Positions 12,069 to 24,950 of a DNA stretch of 64,000 nucleotides are shown here, piece by piece. A model generated the notes under the pieces. The model did not search any database. It was not told where the DNA came from and was given only the letters and a program-made list of their open reading frames with translations. Where the stretch lies: contig NW_021833078.1 of the NCBI RefSeq assembly GCF_006345805.1, forward strand, positions 15,104 through 79,103, read 5' to 3'. Numbering within the stretch: the stretch's first letter is position 1; each line of letters begins with the position of its first letter. Position numbers and translations under genes: made by a program. The DNA comes from Octopus sinensis. Taxonomy: Eukaryota.

Positions 12069-12423
12069 ATGCTTTGCTTCTCAGTTAGTCACGACATTCA
12101 TATAGCAAATGTTTACGTAATTATTTTCTCAATGCTATTATTCCAAATATGCTTGGGCATTAATGTAGCATTCAGAGAATATTATGGGATTCGTGTTCCA
12201 CCTCCTCTAAATGCCATTCCAGAAGATGACAAATTAATTCAGATGTCAAACATTCGATCACGAATTGAGTGCTTCTCTCTTTGTATGACATATTCCGAAT
12301 GTGGTATGACTATTTACAGCGTTTCCGAGAAAGTATGCATCCTGCGTAAAATCAAGCAATTACCTGGTGCCTCATCGTTCATCGACATTCCTGCAAACAG
12401 TATTTACACCATGCTACAAGCCC
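12069..12423 (+). CDS. PAN/Apple + C-type lectin gene, copy A, exon 1 (hydrophobic N-terminus + PAN/Apple domain)
   Basis: ATG in AAAT-ATG context at the same position as copy B. Hydrophobic segment VYVIIFSMLLFQICLG. PAN motif IECFSLCMTYSECGMTIYSVSEKVCIL. Phase-1 donor C|GTGAGT at 12424. Confidence 0.85.
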
Positions 12424-14259
12424 GTGAGTAGTGTTTTGAGATTCTTTTCTATTTTACATGATGTGTATATATTTACTTTCCATCATCCTCTAGTAGACCC
12501 TCTTCAAGGAAACCAATGTTCAAAGAATAGTTATGTATTTCTTTTCTATTATTCTTTACCTTCCACCCATTCTGAATGTTCTTCTAATTGAAGCAGCATC
12601 AGTCATATCCCTAACTATGTTTTTGACCTTTTGCTTTCCATATATTTCTTTCAGATTAATTTACGTTTCCCCTTAAATGTGTTGTTGTTGCTGTTCTTGT
12701 TGTTGTGGAAGCTATGGTTAATCCTGATAGTTAATGGTAATCCTTAATATGATCAAAGGCATTTCCACCGTAATTATCTCATGTGTTTTAGTGCTTTCTA
12801 GAACATATATCATCTTATATGTTCTTTCTCTAAGACGAGGATATGATTTCAGTGAGGTTTGGCTGTTCGTTATAGAAGGTCGAACGAACATAGAGAGATT
12901 TCAATTACACTTTTTTCTATTCAACGTAGATGACAGAAAATACATTTTAGGGTACTGTACAGTGAAATTAAACTCAAGATAGCGTCTTAACCGCGCAAAT
13001 ACTACCACTGTGTTATCATTCTATTGTATTCAAAGTATATGGCATAGCGTGCACACAGCATTTCTTAATTTAGTCATTTATTACAATATTATGGTTGTTT
13101 ATTTCGTAAGCTTGCATGCACTGTCATCTCTCACAGGTTCATTATACTTGCATTTTAATTACACTAACCTTCACACTCATATCATTGCTGGATTTCTTTA
13201 ATGAAATACCTCAAAATTTACAAATGAATTATTCTACTGTTCTCCTGTTCTATCTTCAGACGTAATGTCTTCGCTGAAATCGAAAATAGTTGTGAACTGT
13301 TTCATTAGATTTCCCCAAATATTTCACCACAAACTTCGGGAATATCTTGTAGTATAATATAACGAGGGACAGATACTAAGCTGTATTTACCAAATATTTC
13401 ATCTCACATTACATGATATGAAGAAAGCGAGAATAAGAGAGAGTGAGACAGAGAAAGAGAGATAGATTGAGAGAGACAGACACACAGACAGAGGGAGAAA
13501 GTTAGCAATGAGTGCGTGCTTGCAGTTAAACTAACTTTCTACTGTTGACGTAAATCCTTCAAACAAAAGAATCACTTAACCACGTATGCGTAGCAGGAAC
13601 AACATTAACTAATCTTATACACGCACAACTCTAGGTAAGTTTTCAATAAACGTATAGATTATTGTTTCTAAGATGAGCACTAGGCCAGAAACAAGACCAA
13701 ATACTGGTGTCTATTTTATCAATACAACTGTCGTATGTTTGCTTTTATGTAATAATATCTATTTCTTTTTCAATAGTTTTGCTTTTTTGTGTCATTGTAC
13801 ATGTTGTCAATAGTTTATTTGCTATCGCCAATATGTTTTACACATACTATTATACTACCATAAATATGCAGCTTACTAGTTGTTGTATCGCACGTTCGAG
13901 GTACGATATAACGGGATAATAATAACGTATTAGCAAATCGTTCCACTCAAGATGCTAGTATTGACCCTCGACAATACGCTACTCTCGGCTTTTTCTCTGC
14001 TTAATTCTTTATTAGGCACAAAGGCCCGAAACACAGAGCGGACGGTACAAGGACAGACAGAACAATACAAGTGGGGAGAAAACATTATATGAAAAATGCA
14101 AGTGAAATGGCCACTCGAGTCCCACTTTCGGGTGGTTACATTTAACTGGGGTTTTTTTCAGTTTTTTTTTTAATATCAAACTTTCATCAATAAAAATTGT
14201 ACTTAATATATTTACTAGTTCAGGTGCTGTATTGTCTTTGTAATCTACGACTGGAGGTA

Positions 14260-15000
14260 GGGTTCTGTTTCCACCTCCTCTCCTAACGGGTCAATTAGTG
14301 AACCAAATATTTCTCTTAATTTTGTGTATTTTTCTCCGTCTATTTATATACATTTGGTGTATTCCGGTTTCGCCTCAGCCAGAAATTTCACTCTGAGTGT
14401 TTTGTTTGTCTGCATTTAGGTCTGTATTACTACATGGGGTACTGGGGATGTATTTCTTCCGTTATCACATTTAATTCTTCTTGGGTGACTTGGACCACCT
14501 TTTCCAGTCCATAACTCCAACAATTTCAACAATTTCACTTCTTAGTTCTTGTGACATGCAATATTTTGATTTCTTCCGTTTCATAAGTTATGGCTACTAC
14601 CAACCATGCTTCCTCTATTTCTGGCGGTATCCTGCCAACCTTAATGCTCACGACTCTTTAACCGCAGTAGGTTGGCAGGAGTGCCCATTCCTGTGATCTC
14701 AGAGGTACAGTGGAGTGATTGATTGCCTCTTCTTCCGTGGTAAACCTCACCTGCACTTTGCCGTACTTTCTTCCTCTGGTATAGCAGGTGGTTACACTTT
14801 TGACATTTTCTAGGCATATTTCTATAGCCTCCTCCGTCACTATCTCAATTTTCTTGCTGGATAAGGACAGCGTTCTGTAGCACACTGTCCTCCTGGTACT
14901 ATTGGTCATTTCTTCTGGAGGAGTCAATCGCAGGCTTTCCCCTCCTTCTTGAGCAGCTCCCAGTGACTTCCAATCTTCTCGAGGTCTGTTACTACCTATC
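14260..15000 (-). pseudogene. ORF1 homologue, second (internally deleted) copy
   Basis: TPPEE...CYTRGRKYGKVQVRFTTEEEA...LLPTYCG then RISRVRIARIPPEIEE. Same tail motif CCACCTCC(T/A)CTCCTAA(C/T)GGGTC at about 14272 and 15114. Confidence 0.7.
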
Positions 15001-15099
15001 GAAGTAGTCTTTTCGTTTTCTTTTTCTATTTTATATTAAAAACTTGCTTACTTGTTTTACCAGTATACGGTTTCAAATCGTCATAGTCCACGACTAGAG

Positions 15100-16355
15100 G
15101 TGAGTCATCATATGCCACCTCCACTCCTAATGGGTCTATGTTTGTCCGAACCATTCCTTTAAGTTAGCATATCTTTCCGTGTCTATTAGTATACGTTTAG
15201 TGTTTTCTGTATATTCTTCAACCGATAATTTCACTCTAATCACCGATTTGAACATGGTGATTTTTCGTTCAATTGCCGTAGATTTTGTGTATGTCACAAT
15301 AAGCGCTTTGTTTTTTCAGGGCCCTTTGAGGGACTGTGTGTTATGCTTGTCTGTTTGTCTACAAGGTGAACTCGGACTATCTGGAGTTGATTCCTTTTTT
15401 TATTGGTGTTACTGGTGGTGATATTTGCTGTGTGAGTGTAAAGTGTATCGTGTGTTTGCTGTACAATGTCTTCTGTTTTACTATTTTTCTTTTTCTTTTT
15501 TCGACTTTTAGTGGGATGTATTCACTGTTTCCTTTCTCATTCTTTTGGGTACTTCTGTAAATCCCTCTTCTTCTCTATCCTCCGTACACTTCTCCTGTGC
15601 GGGGCTTGTCATTTCGGTACTCCGACTTTGTTCATACAGATTTTATCTAGTTTCATTGTTTATCTGGGGGCACTTTTTTATGTGCCCCTTCCGTCTACTT
15701 CCGTAGCAAGTGAGGAGTCGCTCCTCCACTGAAACATTTAGTGTTCCCTCATCTGGGAGTTCAATTACTTCTGGAATCTCGTTCATATCCGCCAGAGTTA
15801 TGTGAACCAGCAACTCAAGGCCGTGTCCCCAGCAGTTTAGTTTCTGCGTTCTTGTAGCTGACCCTATGCTGAGCTCTTCTTTTGTAGTGGATAGGACTGC
15901 CGCCGCTATCCATTTCTTCTTCATTTCCGGAGGAATCCTACCAACCCTTACTCTGTTTATTCTTCTACCCAAGTAAGTTGGCAGGAGCTTCCATTCCTCA
16001 TTTGCAATAGATACAGTGGAGTTCTTAATGCTTCTTCTGTTGAGATGAATCTCACCTCCACTGTACCGAATTTCTTTCCACGAGTGTAAGAAGTTTTTTT
16101 TTCCTTAATACATCTTTCGATATCCTACTCTTTCGCTACTTCCATTTTTCATTCTTTCGTGTTGAGTGTCCTGTCAATAACAGTTTTCATTTCTATTTCT
16201 GCTAACAAGTCTTCAGGAGGAGTCAGCTTTACTTTGCCTCCCTCCTTTTCGGTAAACTTCTTACATTTTCGCAGTTTATCAATAGGTACATTCATTTAAC
16301 CGGCTACTGCTGCGTAGCTTCCACTTTTCTTTGCACCTGGCATCTCCACCTCCAT
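15100..16355 (-). pseudogene. ORF1 homologue, first copy
   Basis: MEVEMPGAKKSGSYAAVAG start. GRRINRVRVGRIPPE...VEERLLTCYGSRRKGHIKKCP aligns with GRRTTKIKIDEIPPE...VEGRKPRCYGFGEKGHIRAECP of the + strand ORF1. Confidence 0.75.
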
Positions 16356-16700
16356 TCCTCGTGCAGATAGAGAAGCAACAAAAAGTACAAGCTTGCTTAA
16401 CAAGCTATGTGTTTAAATTACATTAAAAATTCGTCAAACAATTCAACAAAGTAACAATTTTTACAAACAACAGTTCAAAGATTCAACAGTTCAAAATTAA
16501 CACCAACCTGGGCCGAAACCAAAATTCAAATAAATTGTATACAAGATCTAAGAACTTTGGGAAAAATAAGCCAACAATTGGAATTCAACATGGAACTGGA
16601 GCAATAGAATGAATACATTACAGAATTAATTCTCATCCGTCTTTAACCTCAGATCGAACACCACCGAGGCATATAGTCATTATAGCCGTATCATGGTGAA

Positions 16701-16863
<163 letters not shown>

Positions 16864-17773
16864 ATTTTGGCTCGCAGACCCAATTAGCCCTCCGCAGAAG
16901 CTACCTTAAATGTCCGCACGGAATACGGCCTTTAAGCTAGTGCTTCTTGCGCCTTTGTTCCGATCCTAGCTCCATTGTATACAGTGATTGTAGTCAAGAG
17001 TTGCTCAAAGGAGACGTACGTACGTTTAGCTATGAAGAGTTTGTTTATTCACTGATATTTGTATTTGTTGTGTTTTTTCAAAATAGACAATAAGTTTAGT
17101 CAGAATTAATTTAAAATTGTTCACAGCTTCCTTTCAGGTAGCTATTAATTTTACACTTGTAATTAATCGTACACATTTAGTGTTGTTTTGTCTGTGAATT
17201 GTTTAGAAAAGTTTCTTCGCTTTTTCTATGTATCTAACGTTACAGAACCGTGTTTCTATAACTATGTTAAAATGTATATAGCCATTTATGTAACCATTAA
17301 AGTTAGAAAGGTTACTTCTTTAAGCTTTAATGATGTAATAACCTGTTCATAATATACACGTTCATAAAGAGGTGAAAACTATCAAAATAGGTGAGTTTAG
17401 CACCAGCTCTTAATCATGCATTTTTAATGTTGCTGGCTGAAATATCGTCTGGTCACACTGTCTTGCATTTTAATGAATAAAGGAACTTTTAGAGCTGCTA
17501 ACTATGTTGGCGGGAGGTTGAGAGAGTGCTGAAGAAAAGTAAATTCTAGAAAGAGATTTATTGTGCATGCAAAAGCAAGACTGGAATGGAAGTGTCTATA
17601 AATTCTACTTGCCAGTGTACAGATACAAACCATTTTTAACTGAGGTGCACTTGGTAAGAGACGATATTTCTAAGTCAGTTAATGGTTAAAAGCCACCTGA
17701 AATTAGAATAAGCTATTACTTTACCGCATGATCTAACAGAAGAAACATATTTCTCTTGCCCACCTATATATAG

Positions 17774-17953
17774 CTGAATGTCCTACATCAGCCGGCTACA
17801 CTTACCAACCAGAATTGAGATTGTGTTATCAAATAGGTTCAACGAAAATTTCATGGAATGAAGCTGCAGACAATTGCAATAAGGATCGAGGACGACTTAT
17901 TCACATTAGAAATTTAGAAGTAATGAACTATCTAAAAGCACTATTACCATGGG
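17774..17953 (+). CDS. PAN-CTLD copy A, exon 2 (N-terminal half of a long-form C-type lectin domain)
   Basis: TAG|CT acceptor; (P)ECPTSAGYTYQPELRLCYQIGSTKISWNEAADNCNKDRGRLIHIRNLEVMNYLKALLPW; phase 1/1, 180 nt; donor G|GTGTGC. Confidence 0.88.
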
Positions 17954-18114
17954 GTGTGCTACATTTTACTATTTTATACACACTCATTCACACACAAAAA
18001 CTGTCTCTCTCTTTCTCTCACTCTCTTTCTCCCTCTCTCTTTCTCTCTCTCCACACACCCAAATGTAACCAAAATATATATCTAATATAAACTATAACTG
18101 TTTACTCTTTTGCC

Positions 18115-18493
18115 CCTTTTTTACTTGTTTTAGTCTTTTCACTGTAGCCATTCTGGAGCACCGCCTTTAGTCGAGCAAAACGATCCTAGGACTTATTCTT
18201 TGTAAGCCTAGTGCTTATGCTATCGGTCTCTTTTACCGAACCACTACGTTACGGTGATGTAAACACACCAGCATTGGTTGTCAAGCGATGTTGGCGGGAC
18301 AAACACAGACACACAAACATATACACACACACGTACATATATATATACATATATACGACGGACTTCTTTCAGTTTCCGTCTACCAAATCTACTCACAAGG
18401 CTTCGGCCGACACTTGCCCAAGGTGCCACGCGGTGGGATTGAACTCGGAATCATGTGGTTGGTAAGCAAGTTACTTACTGCACATCCACTCCT
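18115..18493 (-). mobile_element. tRNA-headed SINE (dominant family in the window)
   Basis: Head with B-box-like GAGTTCAATCCC, a CACCTTGGGCAAGTG core, and a tail GGCGGTGCTCCAG...; at least four other copies here. Confidence 0.8.
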
Positions 18494-19939
18494 ACACCTA
18501 CTTACAACACAGCCACTGCTAATATTTTCATTTAAAATTTTATGCCATTTCGCAAATTACATTCCGTTTTACTTCTAATTTTTCTCATATTTGTACTTTC
18601 TACTCTGATTATTTCTTTTTCGATGAGAAAATACACCAAGTTTTGATAAAATATCGAATGCAATCATTTAATTTCATATATGTGTTTTAAAGAATTGTCA
18701 TTTATTGTCAATGAGTTTCAAAAGAAAATAACTTTGCCAGTTCAAAAATACTTCAGTTATGATCTATTTTAGATTTTATTCTGTTTGTTACATATTCAAA
18801 TTCGAGTAGAATGTTGAGACAATGGAAATATTTTGTTATAAATCGTATTGTTATAAATTGTTGGAGATTTTACAGAATGTAATTTCTTTTCAACCAATGT
18901 TTTCGTATTATGTAACATCTTTTGGACTACACCCTCTTCAATATTAGTAAGGACAATTGTCATGACGGTTTAGAGCATTGAATTACCTTATTGCAGGAAC
19001 ATTACTGACAATATAAACATAGTCTCAACGAAATGGATCCCTTTATGAATTTTGATTTTGGTTTTAATCGACATAGCGCCAATGCGTATAGTAAATCTTT
19101 AGTGTCGATTTCATTGATCAGCAAATTCATAAGAAGCATCCTTTCAAATTTAAATAATATGAAAGTTTAATTCTCTTCAGTAGTGAATTCATATGCAAAG
19201 AGACTAAATAAATAATTTACCTACCATATTAGTTAGTTCAACTTTTTTCATTGTAAATAATTAGTTATATATATGATGAACATGTAACCGTTCTCAAGCC
19301 ACAAAGATCGATAAACAGATTTCAGCATCTACGTTAATAACAAGAATATAATTTATATTAATATATACGACAGGTTATGATTCATCGAAGACCTCGTAAT
19401 GATTTCTAACGGGCACAAAACCTAAAATTTGAGGCGGGTCTATTACATTGATAGCGGAGAAATATAAGGCGTAGTTGACCTGGGCGGGATATAAATTCAC
19501 AATGTAAAAAGTCATTAACAATTTATGTTTCAGCTTAATACTCAACGAAACTATCAAAAGAAATAATAAAAGAACAATTAGAACTAAAACTACAACAGTA
19601 AATGCTTGTTGTTAACTTTGGGGTTTAAGAATCCTAACATTCATACTTATATTTCTCTGAGGTAATATATCTGGTAAAAGATCATGAGCAAATTCAATTT
19701 CCATTCTCTGGCTATTCTGTATGCAATCCCTTCAGATTGTCAAATACAATATTTCTCGGAACATCAGTGTTGTTCGACCGGCTAGAAACCACAGTTAAAT
19801 TATCTTTAAGTCGCACCTACAGTCACGAGAAAATAACGACATATAAGGCCTCGTGCACGTAGTTATGCACAAAAAGACTGGTGTCAAGAATGAGGTGTCT
19901 TTCATATGAAGTCGTCTTCTTGCTTGGAGCAATCCGAGG

Positions 19940-19988
<49 letters not shown>

Positions 19989-20062
19989 CACTACTACTAC
20001 TACTACAATTACTACTACTACTACAACAACAACTACTACTACTACTACTACTTCTACAACCA
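19940..20062. repeat. (TAC/CAC/AAC)n trinucleotide microsatellite in intron 2
   Basis: Mixed ACT/ACC/ACA run. Confidence 0.9.
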
Positions 20063-20753
20063 ATACTAATAATACTATTGTTGTTGCTACCGTTGCTGCT
20101 ACGGTTGTTTTTTCTAGCTCTTTCATTATAATCACCTCATTTATGAACAATGAGAAAATCGTATTGGTCTAAGATATTAAATGAATCTTCTTTTACCCAT
20201 GTAAATTTTGTATACATAATGGCTCTATCTATTTCGATAAGCCAGTAAATTCCGACTTCCTAGATATACTGGTTTCTGTTATTTACTCAAATCGACTCTG
20301 ACGGAACACTTATTTTATCAGATAACACTCTCCCGGCAAAATCTGATTTCAGCATTCCTAAGCCGACTTTATTTCATTTCTAGTTTGCAAATAGCCGTAT
20401 TTTCTATGCAATAGTTATAAGACTAAGACAGTGTAACTGTAGTTCAATTGCTGAAACCAGTATACATGAATGTTAAGATTGCTAGTTTTATTTTAATTGA
20501 AACAAGTTGTTAAGTTTATATTTGTATCAGAAACGTGGAAATATGCTTTAGCCAATTATGCCGATTTTCAAACTTTTCCAATTCAAAGCACGCTGAATGG
20601 GGTTAAGTAAGTTCGTCCGTTAGATTTTGAAATGGTAGGTACGAAAGTTCGCAGGTCTGTTTCTATTTATAAGTATTATTTTTAAACGAGGATAGCGATG
20701 CGCATTGCATTTTGCCTCGCTTCAAAATATTTTGTAATTTTCTGACTACCCAG

Positions 20754-20792
20754 AAACTTGGAGCATACCAGGGAATCAAATGCAAGTTCTCG
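20754..20792 (+). CDS. Candidate 39-nt in-frame microexon of copy A (ETWSIPGNQMQVL)
   Basis: Pyrimidine-rich TTTTGTAATTTTCTGACTACCCAG acceptor, CG|GTGAGC donor, 39 nt, phase 1/1, no stop codon. Confidence 0.45.
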
Positions 20793-21095
20793 GTGAGCTG
20801 CGGCTTTGTGTGTGAAAATATCTACGCTGAGTGACCATTCAACTTACGAGAGACGGCAATCAACTTTCTCGAATAAGAGAATACAGTCAAACATACACTG
20901 TCAACACAAATAAGGCAGAATTCCATGACGTATCAGTGCTAAACAGGGGCTAAACTATAGCAGCAGCTACTACTACTACAATTGAAGCAAGACAATATAA
21001 TGGTCAATATACATCGAATTATAAACAAGTTCCAACAAGCCGATTATTAATCAATATATATAATTTTTTCTTTTTGCTTTTGTTTTATGTTCCAG

Positions 21096-21340
21096 AGCCG
21101 CAAATATTTTGCCATTTCTATATTGGGTTGTGCAAAGATCTTACTAAGAAAATCTTTGTATGGCAGAATGGAGAAGCAAACATTTTTGATTTCTGGAGTG
21201 AGGATAATCCCTCCAATACTATTGGCAGTGAAAACAGTGTAGGCTTCATAAAAACCCAGAATTACAGATGGAATGATCTTCATTGTAAAACACTGCGGAT
21301 TGGGAGACAAATATGTCAGATAGTTATACGAAAAATGTAG
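21096..21340 (+). CDS. PAN-CTLD copy A, last coding exon (C-terminal half of CTLD)
   Basis: Strong polypyrimidine/TTCCAG acceptor. (E)PQIFCHFYIGLCKD...FVWQNG...FWSEDNPSN...WNDLHC...QICQIVIRKM-stop. Phase matches exon 2. Exons 355+180+245 = 780 nt = 259 aa + stop. Confidence 0.88.
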
Positions 21341-22219
21341 CTGAAACAATCGTAATTACACACACGTCGTTGATTAAGATCAGTCAGAATGTTGCCATTG
21401 GTTTTACGTTTATTATTATTCTTAACTATAGTGGCGTCACGCTAGAGCTAATGGCTGGAGGCACATTACCTTCTTATTAATGGAGATATTTTACTCAATG
21501 TGGGTTGTGAAAATTACACATTAACGAAATGCTGTGTAGGAAAGAAACCTTCTGGGTGAGACGGAGTTATCTGCATTGATTGGTTTCATTTGTGTCCAGA
21601 AAGTGTCAGTTTATGTAAGAATTCCGTCCGCTAGTCAGTAGACGAGGAATTCCATGTCTTCAACGTAAATATTCTCCCATGTGGGCACTGGCAAAACATC
21701 TCACTTCTGGAATTGAAGAAAATTCTATTGACCCTAAATTTCCAAATGTAAGATATTTAGCTGGGGTCCACATCAGAGAAAATTCATGCTGGAGACCTGG
21801 AATTCTCCGCTTGCTAACTCATGAACGGAAATAGGGCATAAAAAAACATTGTACGGACACAAATGGAGTGGTCAAAGGGAGATAAATTCATCTCAGCCAA
21901 AACAAAATTTTACTTCAGAGAATTTCGTTTCAGAGTCTTATTTTTCGTTATTTTTCACTAGTCTGGATGACTAAGAGTGTGTTTTACCGCCATTTGTAAA
22001 GAGGTTCTATGCCTTCAATTAGTAACTGTTATGAGTAATCTATATTGCCCAGAGTAACAATGGACGTGAAACCACTGATAATTATCGGACTGACCATAAT
22101 CAACGACTACACTAAGTATTACTGCACAAATATATTTTAGCGTGTCATTTTTAGGGGGACTAATGAATAGGTGATAGTTTATACACACACGCACGAAAAT
22201 ACACATAGACACACACATA

Positions 22220-22313
<94 letters not shown>

Positions 22314-22329
22314 ATATATATATATTTCT

Positions 22330-22555
22330 TTACTACCCACAAGAGGCTAAACACAGAGGAGACACACAAGGACAGACAAAGGGATTAAGTCGATTACATC
22401 GACCCCAGAGCGTAACTGGTACTTAATTTATCGACCCCGGAAGGATGAAAGGCAAAGTCGACCTCGGCGGAATTTGAACTCAGAACGTAACGGCAGACGT
22501 AATACGGCAACGCATTTCGCCCGGCGTGCTAACGTTTCTACCAGCTCGCTGCCTG
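22330..22555 (-). mobile_element. SINE, second family
   Basis: Minus-strand head GGCAGCGAGCTGGTAGAAACGTTAGCACG...GAGTTCAAATTCCGCCGAGGTCGACTTTGCCTTTCATCC with A/B-box-like motifs. Confidence 0.7.
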
Positions 22556-22560
22556 TGTAC

Positions 22561-22591
<31 letters not shown>

Positions 22592-22718
22592 CAACACTTT
22601 TAATTCTCAATATCATTTGTATTCTGTGTAAGTCGGACATTTTTACATGTATTACATTTCTACATTTATGTATTTACTGTATTTCATAATATTAATCTCC
22701 GTTTAACAATACATATAA

Positions 22719-22801
<83 letters not shown>

Positions 22802-22813
22802 ATACATATACAC

Positions 22814-22846
<33 letters not shown>

Positions 22847-22910
22847 ATATGCATATATATATATACATATATTCATATATATATACATATATATATATTA
22901 TATATATATA

Positions 22911-23840
22911 CTAGCAGTATCGCCCGGCGTTGCTCGGGTTGTAAGGGAAATAACTATATAAGCATTTTTAGAGAGTTATAGCCAAAAAATAGCAAAAAAA
23001 TGCATTAAAAATTGAAAAAAAATTAAGGTAAATTTTTTTTAAATCGTTGACACATCGTAGATGCTTTTTTTTTTCAGTCATAGAGTTAGATTTATGAAGG
23101 TCTTCAGTAGAAAATCCTTCGAATTCTGACTCGCTGCTTGATATAATGAAATTCGTATCCATTTTTTGTCAGAATTACAAATTTTGAAAACACAATAGGA
23201 ACAAATTTCGGAAAAAAATCTCCCATAATTCGCGGAATTAAAATTACACTTCGATTTTTGTACAAAACTGTATTTGAAGTGTTTACGAAGTATAATACGT
23301 GTTTTCACGAATGTACTAAAGAGATTTACTCTGATATTCTCATTTAAATATGAATAGGTAAATTCGGGCGGTTTGGTAACGAAAGGGTTTATATAAGTGT
23401 CGTCTGTTTATACATAAACACTGTTTCATAGTTTCAGTTTAGTCTTCCTCAAATCACTGTCGCTAATTTACTCTCTTCCAAGAACATTTTCACTCACTGT
23501 TATCTGTTAGCTTCCCATACATTTTACTCATGTATCTATCAGCGTGATAGACAGAAACAAATATTACATTTACTTTCATTTTATTCGTTGCCCACTGTGT
23601 GTGTGCGTTTGCGTGTGGTGTAAACCAGACTAAGAAAAGCATTTGACACACACACCAGAATGTGAGTTTTCTGTAAATTTTGCTTAATTGGAGTTTAAAA
23701 TTTAAAAACTGGACCTGGCATGACGCGATGCATTGTACTCTTAAAACTGCTAGGTAAATTGTAATTGAAGAAATCCTATATTGTAGATTTGTATAACTCC
23801 CAAAGGGAGGCAGATAAAATCTGCCTTTTATAATGAGAGA
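22911..23840 (-). mobile_element. Non-autonomous Helitron-type element, long variant (930 bp)
   Basis: Same 3' terminus (CTAG, hairpin) and about 110 bp shared with 1342-1711, then unrelated. 5' end A|TCTCTCATTATAAAAGGCAGATTTTATCTGCCT. Confidence 0.75.
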
Positions 23841-23845
23841 TTTAC

Positions 23846-23903
<58 letters not shown>

Positions 23904-23940
23904 TATATATATAGATATATATATATATATACATATACAT

Positions 23941-24700
23941 CAGAGACTTGGGAGTAACAGTGGACAACAACATAAGCTGGGCTACACATATAAGCAGCAA
24001 AGTTGACATGGCCCGCAGAATGTGTTCCTGGATTCTCAGAACCTTCCAGTCGAGAGATTCCCACGCTATTATCTTTCTCTTCTCCACTTTTGCCCGACCT
24101 CACCTTGAATACTGCTGTCCACTGTGGTCTCCCTACACAAAACAAAATATTATGAGAAATAAAGCTCCCCAAAGGTCAATCACAAAAAAGATAGATGGCA
24201 TGTCAGACCTTGACTACTGGGGTAGACAAGAGAAGCTGAAACTGTATTCACTCCAACGACGCCGTGAACGCTACATTATCTGTATGATGTGGAACATATT
24301 CCATCAGCACTGTCCGAATGATGTTGGCATCACCTTCAAAATACATGCAAGGCTTGGACCATGTGCCATCCATCCACAACAAAAATCTAAATCGCATCAC
24401 ATAACGACAATACGGCACAATTATTTCACCTCAATTGGACCCGCTCTCTTCAACATTACACCAGGACACGTCAAAACAGAAACTGACTACACAAAATTCA
24501 AGAAGTCTTTGGACAAATTCCTTCAAACAGTCCCGGACAAACCACCCACACCCGGATATGTCTCCGCAAGCAATAACTCTCTGCTCGAATGGGCCTTGGT
24601 TCCCAAATCCTTAATTGAAAGACTTCGCCAGGTGGTGCTACTAAGTTAGACATGGCCTGGGCCAATACTGGCCAAAACCTTTCTAAGTTATTCTAAGTTA
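23941..24700 (+). mobile_element. 5'-truncated CR1/L2-type LINE 3' fragment (family 1)
   Basis: ORF 23948-24649 has RPHLEYCCPLWSP and LYSLQRRRERY, typical post-RT motifs of CR1-type LINEs, followed by a short 3' UTR. Confidence 0.85.
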
Positions 24701-24753
24701 TATATATGTATACATATACATATGTATATATATATATATATATAATATATATA

Positions 24754-24810
<57 letters not shown>

Positions 24811-24857
24811 GATGTATAAATAAATAAATGGAGTTGAACGTAGATGTTAATAAATTT

Positions 24858-24950
24858 CCTTTATTTTCGACATATGTTTCGAAGACAACATGGTTCTATT
24901 CCAAAGAAATAAACGGTGTAAGATGCAATCTTCTCATCAGGAAAGAAAGA
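24858..24950 (-). ncRNA. Type I hammerhead ribozyme with intact catalytic core
   Basis: Minus strand: CTTTC-CTGATGA-GAAGA...(long loop)...TCTTC-GAAAC-ATAT-GTC-GAAAA. All core nucleotides present, G10.1-C11.1 pair, GUC cleavage triplet, palindromic ACATATGT stem III. Confidence 0.8.

Larger units (their letters stand above)
14000..16700 (-). mobile_element. Tx1-related element carrying two tandem degraded ORF1 copies and no ORF2 (HAL1-like)
   Basis: 5' UTR shares TTGTTGAATTGTTTG-type motifs with the 3839-9326 element. Two ORF1 homologues are followed directly by a 3' UTR ending TAATAAAGAATT near 14000. No APE or RT motifs seen. Confidence 0.7.

Noticed and set aside
12069-12085. CAG|TTAGTCAC as a splice acceptor implying an upstream coding exon
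   Set aside because: Both paralogues have an in-frame AAAT-ATG exactly five codons upstream, so a direct start is simpler. Not fully excluded.
13259-13400. Possible extra exon after a TCTTCAG acceptor in intron 1
   Set aside because: In-frame stop in phase 1, no good donor, no counterpart in copy B.
16630-16700. snRNA or tRNA-like target next to the ORF1-only element
   Set aside because: Only a short ACCATGAT match to U1; no recognisable snRNA or tRNA fold.
19906-20172. Poly-Thr ORF suggesting a mucin-like exon in lectin intron 2
   Set aside because: Pure trinucleotide microsatellite with no convincing in-phase splice sites.
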